Notes: a model not told the origin generated them from the letters alone. DNA of 64,000 nt from Octopus vulgaris (GCA_951406725.2 OX597815.1:191766001-191830000); one strand, 5' to 3'; numbered from the stretch's first letter, positions 26,467 through 40,335 are shown. Made by a program: numbers and translations.

Positions 26467-27535
26467 ACAGATGGATTGTGGTTGACTACAACTGTTTCCT
26501 AGAAAAAAAATATACACACACACACATATCCACGCATACATACATACATACACACACATATATACGCATGTATATGGTGAGATAAAAACGAACAAATACT
26601 ACTGAACTGATTGAAAGCTGTTTAATGTCTGGAACTGATATCCATCATGCGCTTGTAACAACAACAATAACAAAACGTCAAACGCTTTGAATCAGATACG
26701 AATGGCAACACTTGTTTGCATTTATATTTCAGTAAAAAGGTATATATACTCTTTAAATAAACTGATTACTTGTAGATTACAAGCGTTTTCAATCTAAATT
26801 GTAAATAATTAAGTAAATATTTAGAAATATTAATCACAAGTGCCATCCAGTGAGTATCTATAAATAAATTTACCGTTTTTTTTTTTATTTCTTATAGCAC
26901 AATGGTTGGTTGAGGTTTGATCGTTGTAATGAGGCTCTTGTTGAGGTTTGAACCATCGCTCTCAGATTTTCTCAGCTTAGGACCACGATCTACCATACCG
27001 CCTTAAGTATTAACGCATACGCGAATATGACTCGACCAATCAGCATTAGTTGATTTGTTATGCTTCAGGAGGAAGTGTGCGAGTTTTTCCCGTTAAACGA
27101 AGGTTCTGGAATCTTTTTGCATACGATTATAAAAAGTTGGTAAATTCAACCTCAGGCTGGAGCCACTCAGCAATTCATTCATAAGGAACTATGTAGCTCT
27201 GCTCAATCAGATGGTCTCTCACCTTTATTTTTCGTTCTTAACGTGTTTGTGTTGTATTCAACAAAATGTATTGACATTGAACTTTAATGTCGAATCACGT
27301 ACACATAACTTGTCGTAGTTTTAACTCTTTCTAATTATCTTCACTATCTATGAACTACTTTGATAATATTATCTAGCATATATTACGTTCGTTATTTTAT
27401 GAACTTTGTTTCATTGTCAGATATATGCACGGATGTAAAAATATAAGCGGAAAAGGTTAATAAAAATATATGAAGGGCCATGAATGTGGTCATTATTATC
27501 TTTACACACAGCCTACCTAATATTGTGCACTACAA

Positions 27536-28147
27536 TAGACGGCAAATTGGCAGAAACGTTAGCACGCCGGGCGAAATGCTTAGCAGTATTTCGTCTGCCG
27601 TTACGTTCTGAGTTCAAATTCCGCCAAGGTCGACTTTGCCTTTCATCCTTTCGGGGTCGATTAAATAAGTACCAGTTACGCACTGGGGTCGATGTAATCG
27701 ACTTAATCCGTTTGTCTGTCTGTTCTTGTTTGTCCTCTCTGTGTTTAGCCTCTTGTGGGTAGTAAAGAAATAGGTATTTCGTCTGTCTTTACGTTCTGAG
27801 TTCAAATTCCGCCGAGGTCGACTTTGCCTTTCATCCTTTCGGGGTCGATTAAATAAGTACCAGTTACGCACTGGGGTCGATGTAATCGACTTAATCCGTT
27901 TGTCTGTCTGTCCTTGTTTGTCCTCTCTGTGTTTAGCCCCTTGTGAGCAATAAAGAAATAAGAAACGTTAGTACGCCTAGCGAAATCCTGAGCGGTATTT
28001 CGTCTGTCTTTACGTTCTCAGTTCAACTTCCGCCGAGGTCGACTCCTTTCGGGGTCGATAAATTAAGCACCAGTTGCCTACTGAGGTCTATCTAATTGAC
28101 TGGCCCTCTCCCCCAAAATTTCGGGCCTTGTGCCCGGAGTAGAAGAG
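27536..28147 (+). mobile_element. SINE family B trimer
   Basis: Same architecture as 24942. TSD AATATTGTGCACTACAA / AATATTGAGAACTACAA (15/17). Confidence 0.9.
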
Positions 28148-28564
28148 AATATTGAGAACTACAAGCGAAAATTTTATGATTAAAAGTCACACTAAACCGG
28201 AAACAGTAACTAACACAGTTTAATCATTGCTATATCAGCATTAAGCGTAATTATTCTTAAAAGGAAAATCTAGATTTCTTATTGCAGAAAATTCCTTCGT
28301 ATTTTTTCTCAGTTTCTATCAAATTATTTTAGTTTAATTAAGATGATTTTGGAAACCAAAATCTTCGTTGTAATCTCCCTCCCTTTTTTTTTTTTTTTTT
28401 TTGGTAATGTTACTAGGTCTGTGTTGGTTTTTATTTCTTATTTAACCAGTATGTAGTAGCAAACATTGGCTCAAAATTGGTTAATACTCGTATATTCATC
28501 TTGATGAATAAACGAATTGTGATTTTAGAATTTCGTAGAGGAGATCAACCATGTGACTCACGGT

Positions 28565-28827
28565 AGCAGATCCAGCCTTTCGTTGGTTTCCTGCAGAACT
28601 TCATCCCGTCTGTCTCTGTTGCGACTGCGAGTGTCGAAGTTGTTGGCCGCTTCACTTACCTCGACAGTCCGAAGCTGAGAGTCCGAAGTCTTAAAAAGAC
28701 TTGGGACGTGCTGGTACAGTTGTGGAATTTGGCGCTGCCGGTATCTGAGCTGGAGGACAAAGGTTCGAGTTTTCAGGTTTCTGGTCTTCCCTTTCCTGTT
28801 CTGTAGTTGCGAGACTTGAACACTCCC
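28565..28827 (+). mobile_element. RTE-group RT C-terminal remnant
   Basis: IQPFVGFL..SVSVATASVEVVGRFTYLDS, LSWRTKVRVFR and LVFPFLFCSCET*TL (consensus FTYLGS and LLYGCETWTL). Confidence 0.75.
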
Positions 28828-28959
28828 ATGAAAGAATATGTTATTTATTATACGCGTGAGGAAAAAAAAAGGGGGGGTATGTGAGAGAAACTGAGAGAGC
28901 GGGGGAGAGAATGTGTGATAGAGAGAGAGAGAGAGAGAGAGAGATGGGGAGAGGAAATA

Positions 28960-29188
28960 AACTCTTTACTCTTTTTTACTCTTTTACTTGTTTCAGTCAT
29001 TTGACTGCGGCCATGCTGGAGCACCGCCTTTATTCGAGCAAATCGACCCCGGGACTTATTCTTTGTAAGCCCAGTACTTATTCTATCAGTCTCTTTTGCC
29101 GAACCGCTAAGTGACGGGGACGTAAACACACCAGCATCGGTTGTCAAGCAATGCTAGGGGGACAAACACAGACACACACACACACACG

Positions 29189-29250
<62 letters not shown>

Positions 29251-29420
29251 TTTATACGACAGGCTTCTTTCAGTTTCCGCCAACCAAATCCACTCACAAG
29301 GTATTGGTCGGCCCGGGGCTATAGCAGAAGACACTTGCCGAAGATGCCACGCAGTGGGACTGAACCCGGAACCATGTGGTGCATAAGCAAGCTACTTACC
29401 ACACAGCCACTCCTGCGCCT
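28960..29420 (-). mobile_element. SINE family A, full length
   Basis: Reverse complement of the 8387-type element. Confidence 0.9.
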
Positions 29421-29582
29421 AAAATAATTTTATAAACTTTACGATTTTCGTGTCAAAATTCACGTTATTGGTTGAACACTGTCTACTCTGAGAATACAGA
29501 CATACACATACACAGGTATCCTTTTTACCTTTTTCAGTAACTGGACTGTGGCAATGCTGGAGCACCATCTTGTAAAGTTAGA

Positions 29583-29700
29583 TGCTTACAGCTCCTAAGT
29601 TTCACCAAACGTCACCCATTTAAGTACTAACTTGGTTCAACGTTGTTCCATTTTGGTGATCGGACGAGAACCGGTGCTTTCAACATGATATGTTTAGTTT
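29583..29700 (-). pseudogene. 5S rRNA pseudogene
   Basis: Minus strand CATATCATGTTGAAAGCACCGGTTCTCGTCCGATCACC..GTTAGTACTTAAATGGGTGAC..GCTGTAAGCA is colinear with invertebrate 5S rRNA over about 118 nt, with many substitutions including in boxes A and C. Confidence 0.85.
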
Positions 29701-29811
29701 AAAATATAAGTATATTCTAACTGGTTTGAATATTATAAACCTTCGAAAAGCTCCATAGCATGTATTTGATATTTGCCTCCTCATTGTGAGCCTACAATGT
29801 TCCTAAGGCGG

Positions 29812-30325
29812 CGCTGTTGGCACTCCGACAGTTACGATGATGTGTGTTCCAGTTGATCCGACCAACGGAACTGCCAGCTCGTGAAATTAACATGGAAGCG
29901 GTTGAGCACTCCGCAGACACACATACCCTTAACGCAGTTCTCAGGGTGATTCAGCGAGGCTCTGAATGTAACAATGCTGGTTCCTTTGAGTAATAAGTAC
30001 AGCTCATTTTGTCGATCCTTCGGTATAGGTACCGTAAGTACCGGAAATGGCTTCGTTTACATTTCTGAAGATAACAGAAACCCTTTTCTCATAACACTAA
30101 CCCCAACCCTAACCCCCTCATGTATATAAAAAAGACACTTTCTTGAAATGTATCCGGTACTTCTGGTACCTATACCGAAGTTACGCCCTCATTTTTGCCA
30201 GCTGAATGGACTGTAACGATGTGAAAATAAAGTGTCTGGCGCAAGGACTAAACGCGGCGCCCGGAATCGAACTCACGACTTTACGATCCTGCGCTGAACA
30301 CCCTAACCACTAAGCCACGGGCCTT
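29812..30325 (-). mobile_element. tRNA-headed SINE (family D) interrupted by a MITE
   Basis: Minus-strand head TGGCTTAGTGGTTAGGG..GAGTTCGATTCC. The 3' body matches 51920-52078. Confidence 0.7.
30011..30187. mobile_element. Merlin-like MITE
   Basis: TIR of about 35 bp (G.CGATCCTTCGGTATAGGTACC). 8-bp TSD CTCATTTT at 30003-30010 and 30188-30195. Internal CCCTAA-like tract. Confidence 0.75.
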
Positions 30326-31177
30326 TACGGAAGACCTGCTTTCTAAGCAAGGTTTGATCACTACTTTTAGCAGATCGAACCACCGCCCAGACGCTCACTC
30401 ATTGGTTCATACGAGCTCTGTTGTAGTCTTTCTATGCTTCCATTTTTTTTCTTTCTTCTTGCTTTCATTTTTTTATTCTGTTTTTACAATGCATCGTATT
30501 CTTTAAGACATCGAGTCTCTCTGGGCATTTTGACAGAAATTGAACTGAAAGTAATAGAAAAGAAAAAAGTACCATACCACACACCCACGTACACATACAC
30601 ACAAACACAAAAGTGTTTCCTATTGGTAGCGCATCGTGTTCTGAGCGAAAAATCTTCGTAGACTTTACTACTTAGATTTCAACTTGATCATTGAAGATCA
30701 ATGTAAGAACGTACATTGATTGATACATTCACGTGTGCACTTAGGAATGCGATTCCTGTAAGGGAATATGGAACCGTACACGAGAGCACTCAGTGCCGAG
30801 CGCGCGCATATATAGACACGCACTCGAACACGCATACACACGAAGTGCGCGTACTTATACATTCTCCGAGACATTCTGACAGACAATCACGCAGAGACAC
30901 GTTAAGTTTACAAGGAATAGGTTAGGTTTGTGCGTATATGTGAGTGTGTGTATGTGGAACTAAATGAAACGTTCAGTTATCAATAAACAGGTGTGTAAAA
31001 GTACACAGGTATGTTTATATATAGTGTTACTAACCCAGAAATTTAGAGAGTAAAATACATACATACATACATACATACACATAGATGTTCAGACATACAT
31101 GCACACATACATACAAATATACAAACACATGCATATAAACAACTTAGATACAAAGGCATATGTAACACGTACATACA

Positions 31178-31218
<41 letters not shown>

Positions 31219-31320
31219 CAATCTTAGATAATGAAACGTATAATATACACCTGGTAGTTTACAGGTAAAGCACGTTCACTTTCACAGTGTTCCTTCCGTC
31301 TCTCTCATTAACCAAATAAT

Positions 31321-31373
<53 letters not shown>

Positions 31374-31655
31374 ATATATGTGTGTGTGTGTATATATGTG
31401 TGTGTATATATATGTGTGTGTGTGTATATATCTGTATATGTGTGTGTGTGTATATATATATGTGTGTGTGTGTGTATACCTGTATATATGTGTGTGTGTA
31501 TATATCTGTGTGTGTGTGTGTGTGTGTATATATATCTGTGTGTGTGTATATATATTATACATACATACATACACACATACAGTAGAAAGAAAAAAATGAA
31601 CAGGTAAGCAGTTAGTATCAGTTTTTGAGCATGGAATAATCTCTACCCACCTCTC

Positions 31656-31701
<46 letters not shown>

Positions 31702-31736
31702 TGTGCAGATAGACAGATAGATTGATTGATAAGATA

Positions 31737-31873
31737 GGCAATCCTTCGGTATTAGTGCACTACGTTATTCACATACACACCCTTCTCTCATGACATAGAT
31801 AAAGAGGCTAGGCTGAAAATGAGGTTAAATGACTTCTCATATTGGCACTCTGGAGACTTATACCGAAGGATCG

Positions 31874-31875
<2 letters not shown>
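31737..31875. mobile_element. Second MITE with GGCRATCCTTCGGTAT TIRs
   Basis: GGCAATCCTTCGGTAT / ATACCGAAGGATCGC; TSD not resolvable. Confidence 0.6.
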
Positions 31876-31914
<39 letters not shown>

Positions 31915-31918
<4 letters not shown>

Positions 31919-32093
31919 ATCCAAACATGAACAAAGAGAAAACACAACAACGCGAGGACGTGGAACAAGAATAGTGTTATTGGACGCTCAGGAAAGGGAA
32001 GAAAGAAGGAAGGAGGATTTAACGTTTCGAGCGGAGCTCTTCGTCAGAAACATAGAAAAAGGAAAGATCCAAGGAAGGGAAACGCGCGTGCAC
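31915..32093 (-). mobile_element. Penelope pLTR-like short element, hammerhead family 1
   Basis: About 200-bp repeat abutting (TA)n; other copies at 33687, 39433 and 48749. Confidence 0.75.
32017..32051 (-). ncRNA. Minimal type-I hammerhead ribozyme motif, core intact
   Basis: GUUU-CUGACGA-A-GAGC(UCC)GCUC-GAAA-CG-UU-AAAU gives stem I, the conserved core, stem II and a palindromic minimal stem III. Confidence 0.75.
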
Positions 32094-32299
32094 ACAACGC
32101 AAACGCTCACTCATGAAAGAAATACAATATTAAAAAATTCTACCTTTCTAAACATCAGTTTAAGATTGGCAAAGAACTGGCGGACTTCGAAGAGGTGCCT
32201 ACTAGTAAGCAATAGATATGTAATTCAATTTCTGTTGCCGTATTTCTAGTATATATCCGATTCGAAGTCACTGTTCATCAAATCTCCTGTACTTTGTTT

Positions 32300-32337
32300 T
32301 TCTTCTGATGAAAGATAACCATCCGAAACGTTGATGA
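32300..32337 (+). ncRNA. Minimal hammerhead motif with imperfect stems
   Basis: UUCUU-CUGAUGA-A-AGAU(AACC)AUCC-GAAA-CG-UU-GAUGA. Confidence 0.55.
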
Positions 32338-32752
32338 GGCTTAAGTGTTCACCAAATTCAATAGTCGTTGAAACTCGTTACTCTTGTAACCTTTTTTCTT
32401 TTTGCTCATTGCATTCACTACACACACACACTCACATTCACAGGTAAATCGTTAAGTTTAACGGATACTGATTTAACGGATTTGGGATTCAGTGATCCCC
32501 CAAATATTACTGCAATTGTTTATACTATGGTCAAGGAAAAATATTGTTCTGCTACACTTGCGAAAAGAAAAGAATTTAGTATTCTTCACCATAATTTAAT
32601 AATCTTTTATTGTGCATTAGTGTATCTCTTCTTCGAGAAAATTTCCTTTGCATTTCAAGGTGCAAAGCATGACTCATAAAATAGCTCTTGTGCGTTAAGT
32701 CAGGAGATCGCTCACTCTGTCTGCCTCCCTCCCTCTCTCTCTACCAGTCTCT

Positions 32753-32796
<44 letters not shown>

Positions 32797-32921
32797 CAGT
32801 AAGTTTTTACATACACCCCCACACACACATATATACTTGAAATTTACAGAAAAACAAAAGACGAAGATAGGTGTATGAACAAGCAGGTGTATTAGTTTGA
32901 CGCCCGGGAAAGTGAAAAAGT

Positions 32922-32957
32922 CTTTTACGTTTCGGGCCACCGCTCTTCAACAGAATG
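32922..32957 (-). ncRNA. Hammerhead-like motif, family 2 (CUGUUGA core)
   Basis: CAUU-CUGUUGA-A-GAGC(GGUG)GCCC-GAAA-CG-UA-AAAG, inside an element at about 32835-32990. Confidence 0.55.
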
Positions 32958-33069
32958 GAATAAGAGAAAATAAAGAGAATTAAAAACACTTGTAGATTTA
33001 CCGGTCATGTATGTGTATGCATATTTGTATAAATATTTATGAATGTGTGTGTATATAAAAATATGTATG

Positions 33070-33120
<51 letters not shown>

Positions 33121-33583
33121 TTGCTATTATGCAAAAGTATCGTAAGTCCAAAACGTTGCTTTTTCAGAAAACGAAAAAAATAGTTTCAGCATTCCATAGC
33201 AAAGCCGTTGTACTACACTTTGGCAATTTTTAATATCTTGGCATCTGAAGCAACTGCAGATACGATAGTTTGATTAAAAGAACCGGCTTATTGCAAGTAA
33301 AAATAAATACCGAGAAAAAAAAAATGTGGACATACGACAGTTTAACATAACAGCAACGATATGTGTGTGTGCATGTATGCATTTTTGTACATAAATATAT
33401 ATATGTATATATATATATATATATATATGCATATATATTACATAATATATGTATATATATAACTATATATTTGTATATGCATGAATATATATATATATAT
33501 AATATGCCTACAGGTACATAAACGTCCATAGATTTTAATCATTCGACTGTTTATGTATAGGTATATATATAAACACATGTGTG

Positions 33584-33953
<370 letters not shown>

Positions 33954-34492
33954 GTACATCTATCTATCTACACACATCGACAAGTGTTAATTTCTGCGTG
34001 TGTGTGCGCGCATACTCTTTCTCTCCCTCTGTTATTCTTTCTTTCTATCCCCCTCCACCCTACTTCTTGCGTCTGTCTGTCTGTCTCCCTATAATACATC
34101 TATATCTATATATATATATATAAATAAAAGCAAACATCAGTTTCCGCATCATTTCACCATCTCACAAATGTGCCTTCCCTGGCTCCTTGGATAATTGTCA
34201 GACGGAACTGGCAGGATCACTCCCTGCCTCTCTCACCCATCATCCAACTGTTACTCCTCTCGTCTCTCTCTCTCTCTCTTTTCCTACTCAAACCAATCTA
34301 CCTGTTGGAGGAAGTGCATAACATACACGCGCGCGCGCAAGCTCATGCACGCACGCGCGCAAGCTCATGCACGCACGCGCGCAGGGCACACGCGCACACG
34401 CATACGTGAATGCGTAGGCTCGTGTATATGGATATGTATGTGTGTGTGTATACATGTTTGTGTGCGTGTGTGTATGTGTAATTATATATGTG

Positions 34493-34553
<61 letters not shown>

Positions 34554-34707
34554 GTGTGTATATATGTATGTGTGTATATATGTGTAATTATATGTGTCTA
34601 TCTATCTGTGTGTGTGTATATATTTATATATATATATGTGTATATATGTATGTGTGTATATATGTGTGTGTACGCACATAAACACGCGTGTTCATATGTG
34701 TACACAC

Positions 34708-34750
<43 letters not shown>

Positions 34751-36429
34751 CACTCACGCACACACACATATATACACACACATATATACACACACATATA
34801 CATATATAATCTCTTTCTCTCTCTTTTTATCTCTATACAAAATATGAATACAGCTTTACATGCATTTATGCGTGTGTGTGACAAGTGTGTATATATATAA
34901 ATATTTATGTAAATATATACAAATAACGTACGTGTGTATGTGTAGGTGGTCATGTGTGTGTGTTTGTGTAAGTGTGTGCGTGAGAGTGGATATCTCTCTC
35001 CCTTTCTCTCTGCATATATATGTACATGTGTGTATGCGCATGTGTATATATCTATATATGAAATATATGTATTTGCATATACTTACTCTCTATCTTTCTA
35101 TATGTCTCTGTGTCTACACACACACACACACGCACCAATGCATATATATATATATATATAAAGATGTGCATTCATGCGTGTAATGTATGTTGGTTGTTTA
35201 GTTCAGTGTACAGTCAGACAATAACCAGCTGCATATGAATATTGACACGCGTTAACATTGTATACACACTCTTGTCTTCTTGTGTGAGCCATTTCTCTCG
35301 CATTCGCCGTTCATATAGATTGATGGTTATGTCGTGCGGACATAATTATATGCCCGCCAGACATGCATAAACACACACACACACACACAGATATAACATA
35401 TATTCACACACACACACACGTGTGTGTGTTTGTATACGTATGTACTTATATATAAATACACCTGTATAAATATACATAGATGCATGCTTACATGCATACA
35501 CACTCGTATATGTATATACATACATACATAATACTTACATACATAATACATACATACACACATACATGCATAATACATACATACATAATACTTACATACG
35601 CACATAGATACATAAATGCATGCATACATACACACATACATACATGCATACATACATACATAATACTTACATACACACATACATACATACTTACATACAT
35701 ACATAATACTTACATACGCACATACATACACACATAATACATACGCACATACATACATACATACATACATACATACATACATACATACATGTGCGTGTGT
35801 ACGTGTATGTATATAATGCGGGCATAATAATTGCCATCGTCAATCGAACATGCATATCTACATAAATGCTTAATACATACATACATACGTACGTAAATAC
35901 AAATACACTGACATGCACACACATACACACACACACACACATGCGTGCGCACTCAATCACGCACGCTTACGAGCGCGCACACACACGCACTCTTACGCGC
36001 GCACGCACACTTACGCGCGCACGCACACTTACGCGCGCACACAATAACGCTATCGCTCAGCCCAACTTATGAGTCATGACTGCGAAACGAAAAAGTGTCT
36101 TTTGATGTTTCAATAATTTGGAAACGTTCATTTTTAAAAACAAATAAATATGCATTCTCGATACATGGGAAAACAGAAACAGAGAGAGAGAGAGAGAGTC
36201 ACATGTGATGTGTGTGATGCATGTGTGTGTGTGTCTGATGCATGTGTGTATGAAAGCGAAACAGAGATATTGTACGTAATTGAAGAGAAAGAATGAGTGG
36301 TTAGTAACGGATAGATTTGTAAATAGATAGATGGAGGCATAAATATAAATATTCAGATAAATAGTTATGAAGATGGAAGGCATTGAGATATGCATTTGTA
36401 TGTAAACAAGTGAACAGCTCTTTCTCTCT

Positions 36430-36461
<32 letters not shown>

Positions 36462-37632
36462 CATGCGCACATATATCTACAGATATTGGAAGTTAGGTAA
36501 GATCGCTAGATAGGAAGGTTGGTAGGTAGATAAACCAGATCAATGAATAAATATATACGCCTGTGAGTTTGTGTGTGTGTGTATACGCACATATATATAT
36601 TATACACACATGTAGGGATTCGTGTCTGTCTGTCTGTTTGTCTGTCTTTATACGTGTGTATGTAATATAGGTCTTATCTTTAGGAGGGCATATATAATAC
36701 AGATTGGCAGGTAGGTAAGGTAGATAGACTGAAATACGGATGTGTAATATATAAATCAGTAAGTCACGTGTCTATTTTCTTTTTGTTTTTGTTTTTGTCT
36801 TTGGTTTCTTTATCACACTGAAAAAAGAAACCACGTCTGTTTTGAGTGACGTGGAAAAGAAACTATGATAAAGAGAGGTAAAGTTACATAGAGATGAAGA
36901 TAGATATCTTTTAGGTATATATATATATATATATATATATAAAGAGAGAGAGATAGGAGAGAAATTGACAGTGTGGGGAGATGAGAGAGGAAAATAGTTA
37001 GTAGTCGACAAACAGTCAGGTGAGCAGACTGTGAAATATATGGAGATGCGGAAGAGAGTGCAAGAGATTAGAAATAACATAGATGAAAGTGGGGAGGCAA
37101 AAAAACTTTGCATTAGAGAGGGGTGTACAGAGATCCCATGTGATAACATATAGAGTGATGAAATGATAGAGAATATGACTTAATAGAGCCGGGTAGATAG
37201 ATAAACAAACAGATGGATAAATGCATAGATAGATAGATAGAGAAACAGAGAGTAACAAAGAGAAAACGAGAGAGGAAGAAAATTGCTTACATCAAAGTTT
37301 GCATGTGCGGAATATGTTAAGATATGGAAAGAAAAGTTGGAAGCTTATTTTGAAGGCGGAGAAAAAGTGAGGATAAAATATGAATATACAGAGAGGAAAA
37401 GTTGAACTAATGAAGTACGTGATTCATTAAGAGAAGTGTGATCAGGAAAAAAAAGATTAAGAACAACTAAAAGAAGACAAATTGAAATAAGAATAAAGTA
37501 GTGGAAGGCTTTAAAAAAAAACTGAAGATACAGAAATATAGTCCGTCAACTTTGGCAGATACTATGCTAATTCAAACATGCATTATTATTGTATATATCT
37601 TGGTGCATTTTCCACCTCCCACCGCGATCCTA

Positions 37633-37684
<52 letters not shown>

Positions 37685-37861
37685 GTGTGTGTATGTATGT
37701 ATAAATGTGTGTGTATATGTGTTTGTCCCCTCACCATCACTTAACAACCAATAGGATTAGTACTAGGTTTACAATAAGTCCTGGGGTCGATTTGTTCGAC
37801 TAAAGGTGGTGCTCCAGCATGGCTGCAGTCAAAGGACTGAAACAAGTAAAAGAGTAATGAG

Positions 37862-37892
<31 letters not shown>

Positions 37893-38327
37893 GACAGGCT
37901 TCTTTCAGTTTCTGTCTACCAGATCCACTCACAAGGCTTTAGTTAGCCTGAGGTTATTGTAGAAGATTTTTGCCCATGGTGCCATGTGGTGGGACTGAAC
38001 CTGGAACCATGTGGTTGGGAAGCATGCTTCTTACCACACAGCCATGCCTTCACCTATATAACCAATTTATTGCTCATAAATTTTAACAACAAAATCTGAT
38101 GTAGATCCCCAAGGGTCATGTGAACCCTGGTTGAAAACCACTGAATTAAGGACTCATCTGAGAACAAAAATCTGTTAATTTTCTTTTTGCTCCTTGAGAG
38201 ACTAATAGCTTATTACTATTAAATATAACACTGGGACTCAAATAAATTGGCTAGTTTAATTTGTATAATAGCAAAATGTTTAATTTGCATAAAATTGGCA
38301 AAATGTTTAATTCATAAATGGGTTTTT

Positions 38328-38366
38328 ATTCTCTGATGAATGGTCAGATATGGAACTAGTTAGAGT
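38328..38366 (+). ncRNA. Degenerate minimal hammerhead motif
   Basis: AUUCU-CUGAUGA-AUG(GUCAGA)UAU-GGAA-CUAG-UU-AGAGU. Stem I pairs fully and stem III ACUAGU is palindromic, but GAAA is mutated. Confidence 0.45.
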
Positions 38367-39107
38367 AATCCTAAATTTTTCTGTCTACTAAGAAATACAT
38401 TAAAAAATTTGGCTTCCATTTAGCAGAAAGGTTAAAATTTTTGCCAAGATTTATATTAAACTTTCACATTATCTAAATATATTTTGTGTAGTTAATTCCC
38501 TTATCAATTAATGAATTAATTAACCATGTTATGAATAGATGTACTATCATCATCATCATCATCACCGTTGTTGTTGTAATCATCATCACCATCATCTTAA
38601 TCATCATCATTTTAATGTGAGGTTTTCTCTGTTTCCTGTTGCCAATCCTTACCTGTTTCCTAGCAAAGTCATATTTCCCTCTGGCCAAACATGTTTGTGC
38701 AGAATATTGGAAATAAACGCCATTTATTTACTAACACTCCACACGATGTCAAAAGAAGGAGACAGGAATATACTCACACACACACACACACACATTCATA
38801 CATGCGTACATACATAATATATAGTTAAATAACATTTTGGTAAAAACCTTGTATTATGCTATGCAAAGTTCATCCACAGTTATTGGCTATCAGATGCCAT
38901 ACAGTGGAAATGCTCTTGCAACTGGATATACATCAGGAATTCCATAGTCTCTGTAGAGTTATCATAGAAAATAGATTGAACAATATTATTTAAAATCACT
39001 GCAATTGTTTCAACATGTTTTGACTCTAGTAGTGCATTCGTGAAATGATAAAATTTACTAACCACTATCATCCATTAAAGGTGTATGTATATGTGTGTGT
39101 ATGTATA

Positions 39108-39165
<58 letters not shown>

Positions 39166-39289
39166 ATATGTGTGTGTGTTGTATATGTGTGTGTGTTGTA
39201 TATGTGTGTGTGTTGTATATATGTATGTGTGTGTGTATATGTATGTGTATATGTATGTGTGTGTATATGTATGTGTGTGTGTATATGTA

Positions 39290-39417
<128 letters not shown>

Positions 39418-39432
39418 TGCGCATGTGTGTGT

Positions 39433-39645
39433 GTGACCACGTGTGTATCGTTGGCGATTTTTTTTTTTTCCCTCCGTCTTCCCTTCCTTGGATCTTTTCT
39501 TTTCCTATGTTTCTGACGAAGAGCTCCACTCGAGACGTTAAATCCTCCATCTTTCTTTCCTTTCCTGAGCATCCAATAACACTATACTTGTTCCACGTCC
39601 TCGTGTTGTTGTGTTTTCTCTTTGTGTTTTCATGTTTAGATTAAC
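39433..39645 (+). mobile_element. Hammerhead family 1 element (motif at 39509-39543)
   Basis: CUGACGA-A-GAGC(UCC)ACUC-GAGA-CGUU; colinear with 33687. Confidence 0.75.
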
Positions 39646-39667
39646 TTTATATATATATATATATATA

Positions 39668-39935
39668 GTGAGAATTTGCAAAAAAACAAAAGACGAAGAT
39701 AGGTGTGTAAGCAACAAACAGATGTATAGTTTAATGCTTGGGAAGTGAGAAAGTCTTTCATGTTTTGAGCCTATGCTCTTCGACAGTAAGGAACACAAAA
39801 ATAAACAGGGAGAGGAAATAGAAAAAGGTTTAGTGGCTAACAATCTATCATGGCAAATGCTGGACATAGGGGTCACACAGGAGAGCTTGGAAAAAGGGGT
39901 TATAATAAAGTAGTGGTGATCCCAAAACGAAGGCA
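39668..39935 (-). mobile_element. Hammerhead family 2 element (motif at 39755-39790)
   Basis: CUGUCGA-A-GAGC(AUAG)GCUC-AAAA-CAUG; colinear with 32835-32990. Confidence 0.65.
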
Positions 39936-40335
39936 CGTGCGTGTGTGTGTGTATGCGAGAGCGTGTATGTGCCTGGTGACATTAACGCGCATGTGTGTGT
40001 GCATGTATATATATATGAGGATAATTTTATAACTTCGTTAAACCGAGAAGTAATTTCGTTAAACTGAAGAACAAAAATAGGACTCCAGCTTGGATTTCCT
40101 TAATGGATTTTACATTGGTGAAGTAAGGCAACATCCTTTGAAACAGTAGAGAATCATTTGAATGGATTCTTTTCTGGTTAATACTTTTTATCGTTATTTT
40201 TATATTTTTATATTTATATCATTTTGTTTCCACTGCCTTAAATTTTTAGTCATTTTTATTGTACATTAATTTAATCCATATATTTTTCTTCATTCAACTT
40301 CACTCAATTACCCTTTGAGGTTTTATCACCATTTA

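Noticed and set aside
36997-37152. Open frame LVVDKQSGEQ..CTEIPCDN
   Set aside because: The context is purine-rich and low-complexity, there is no polypyrimidine acceptor, and no homology was recognised.
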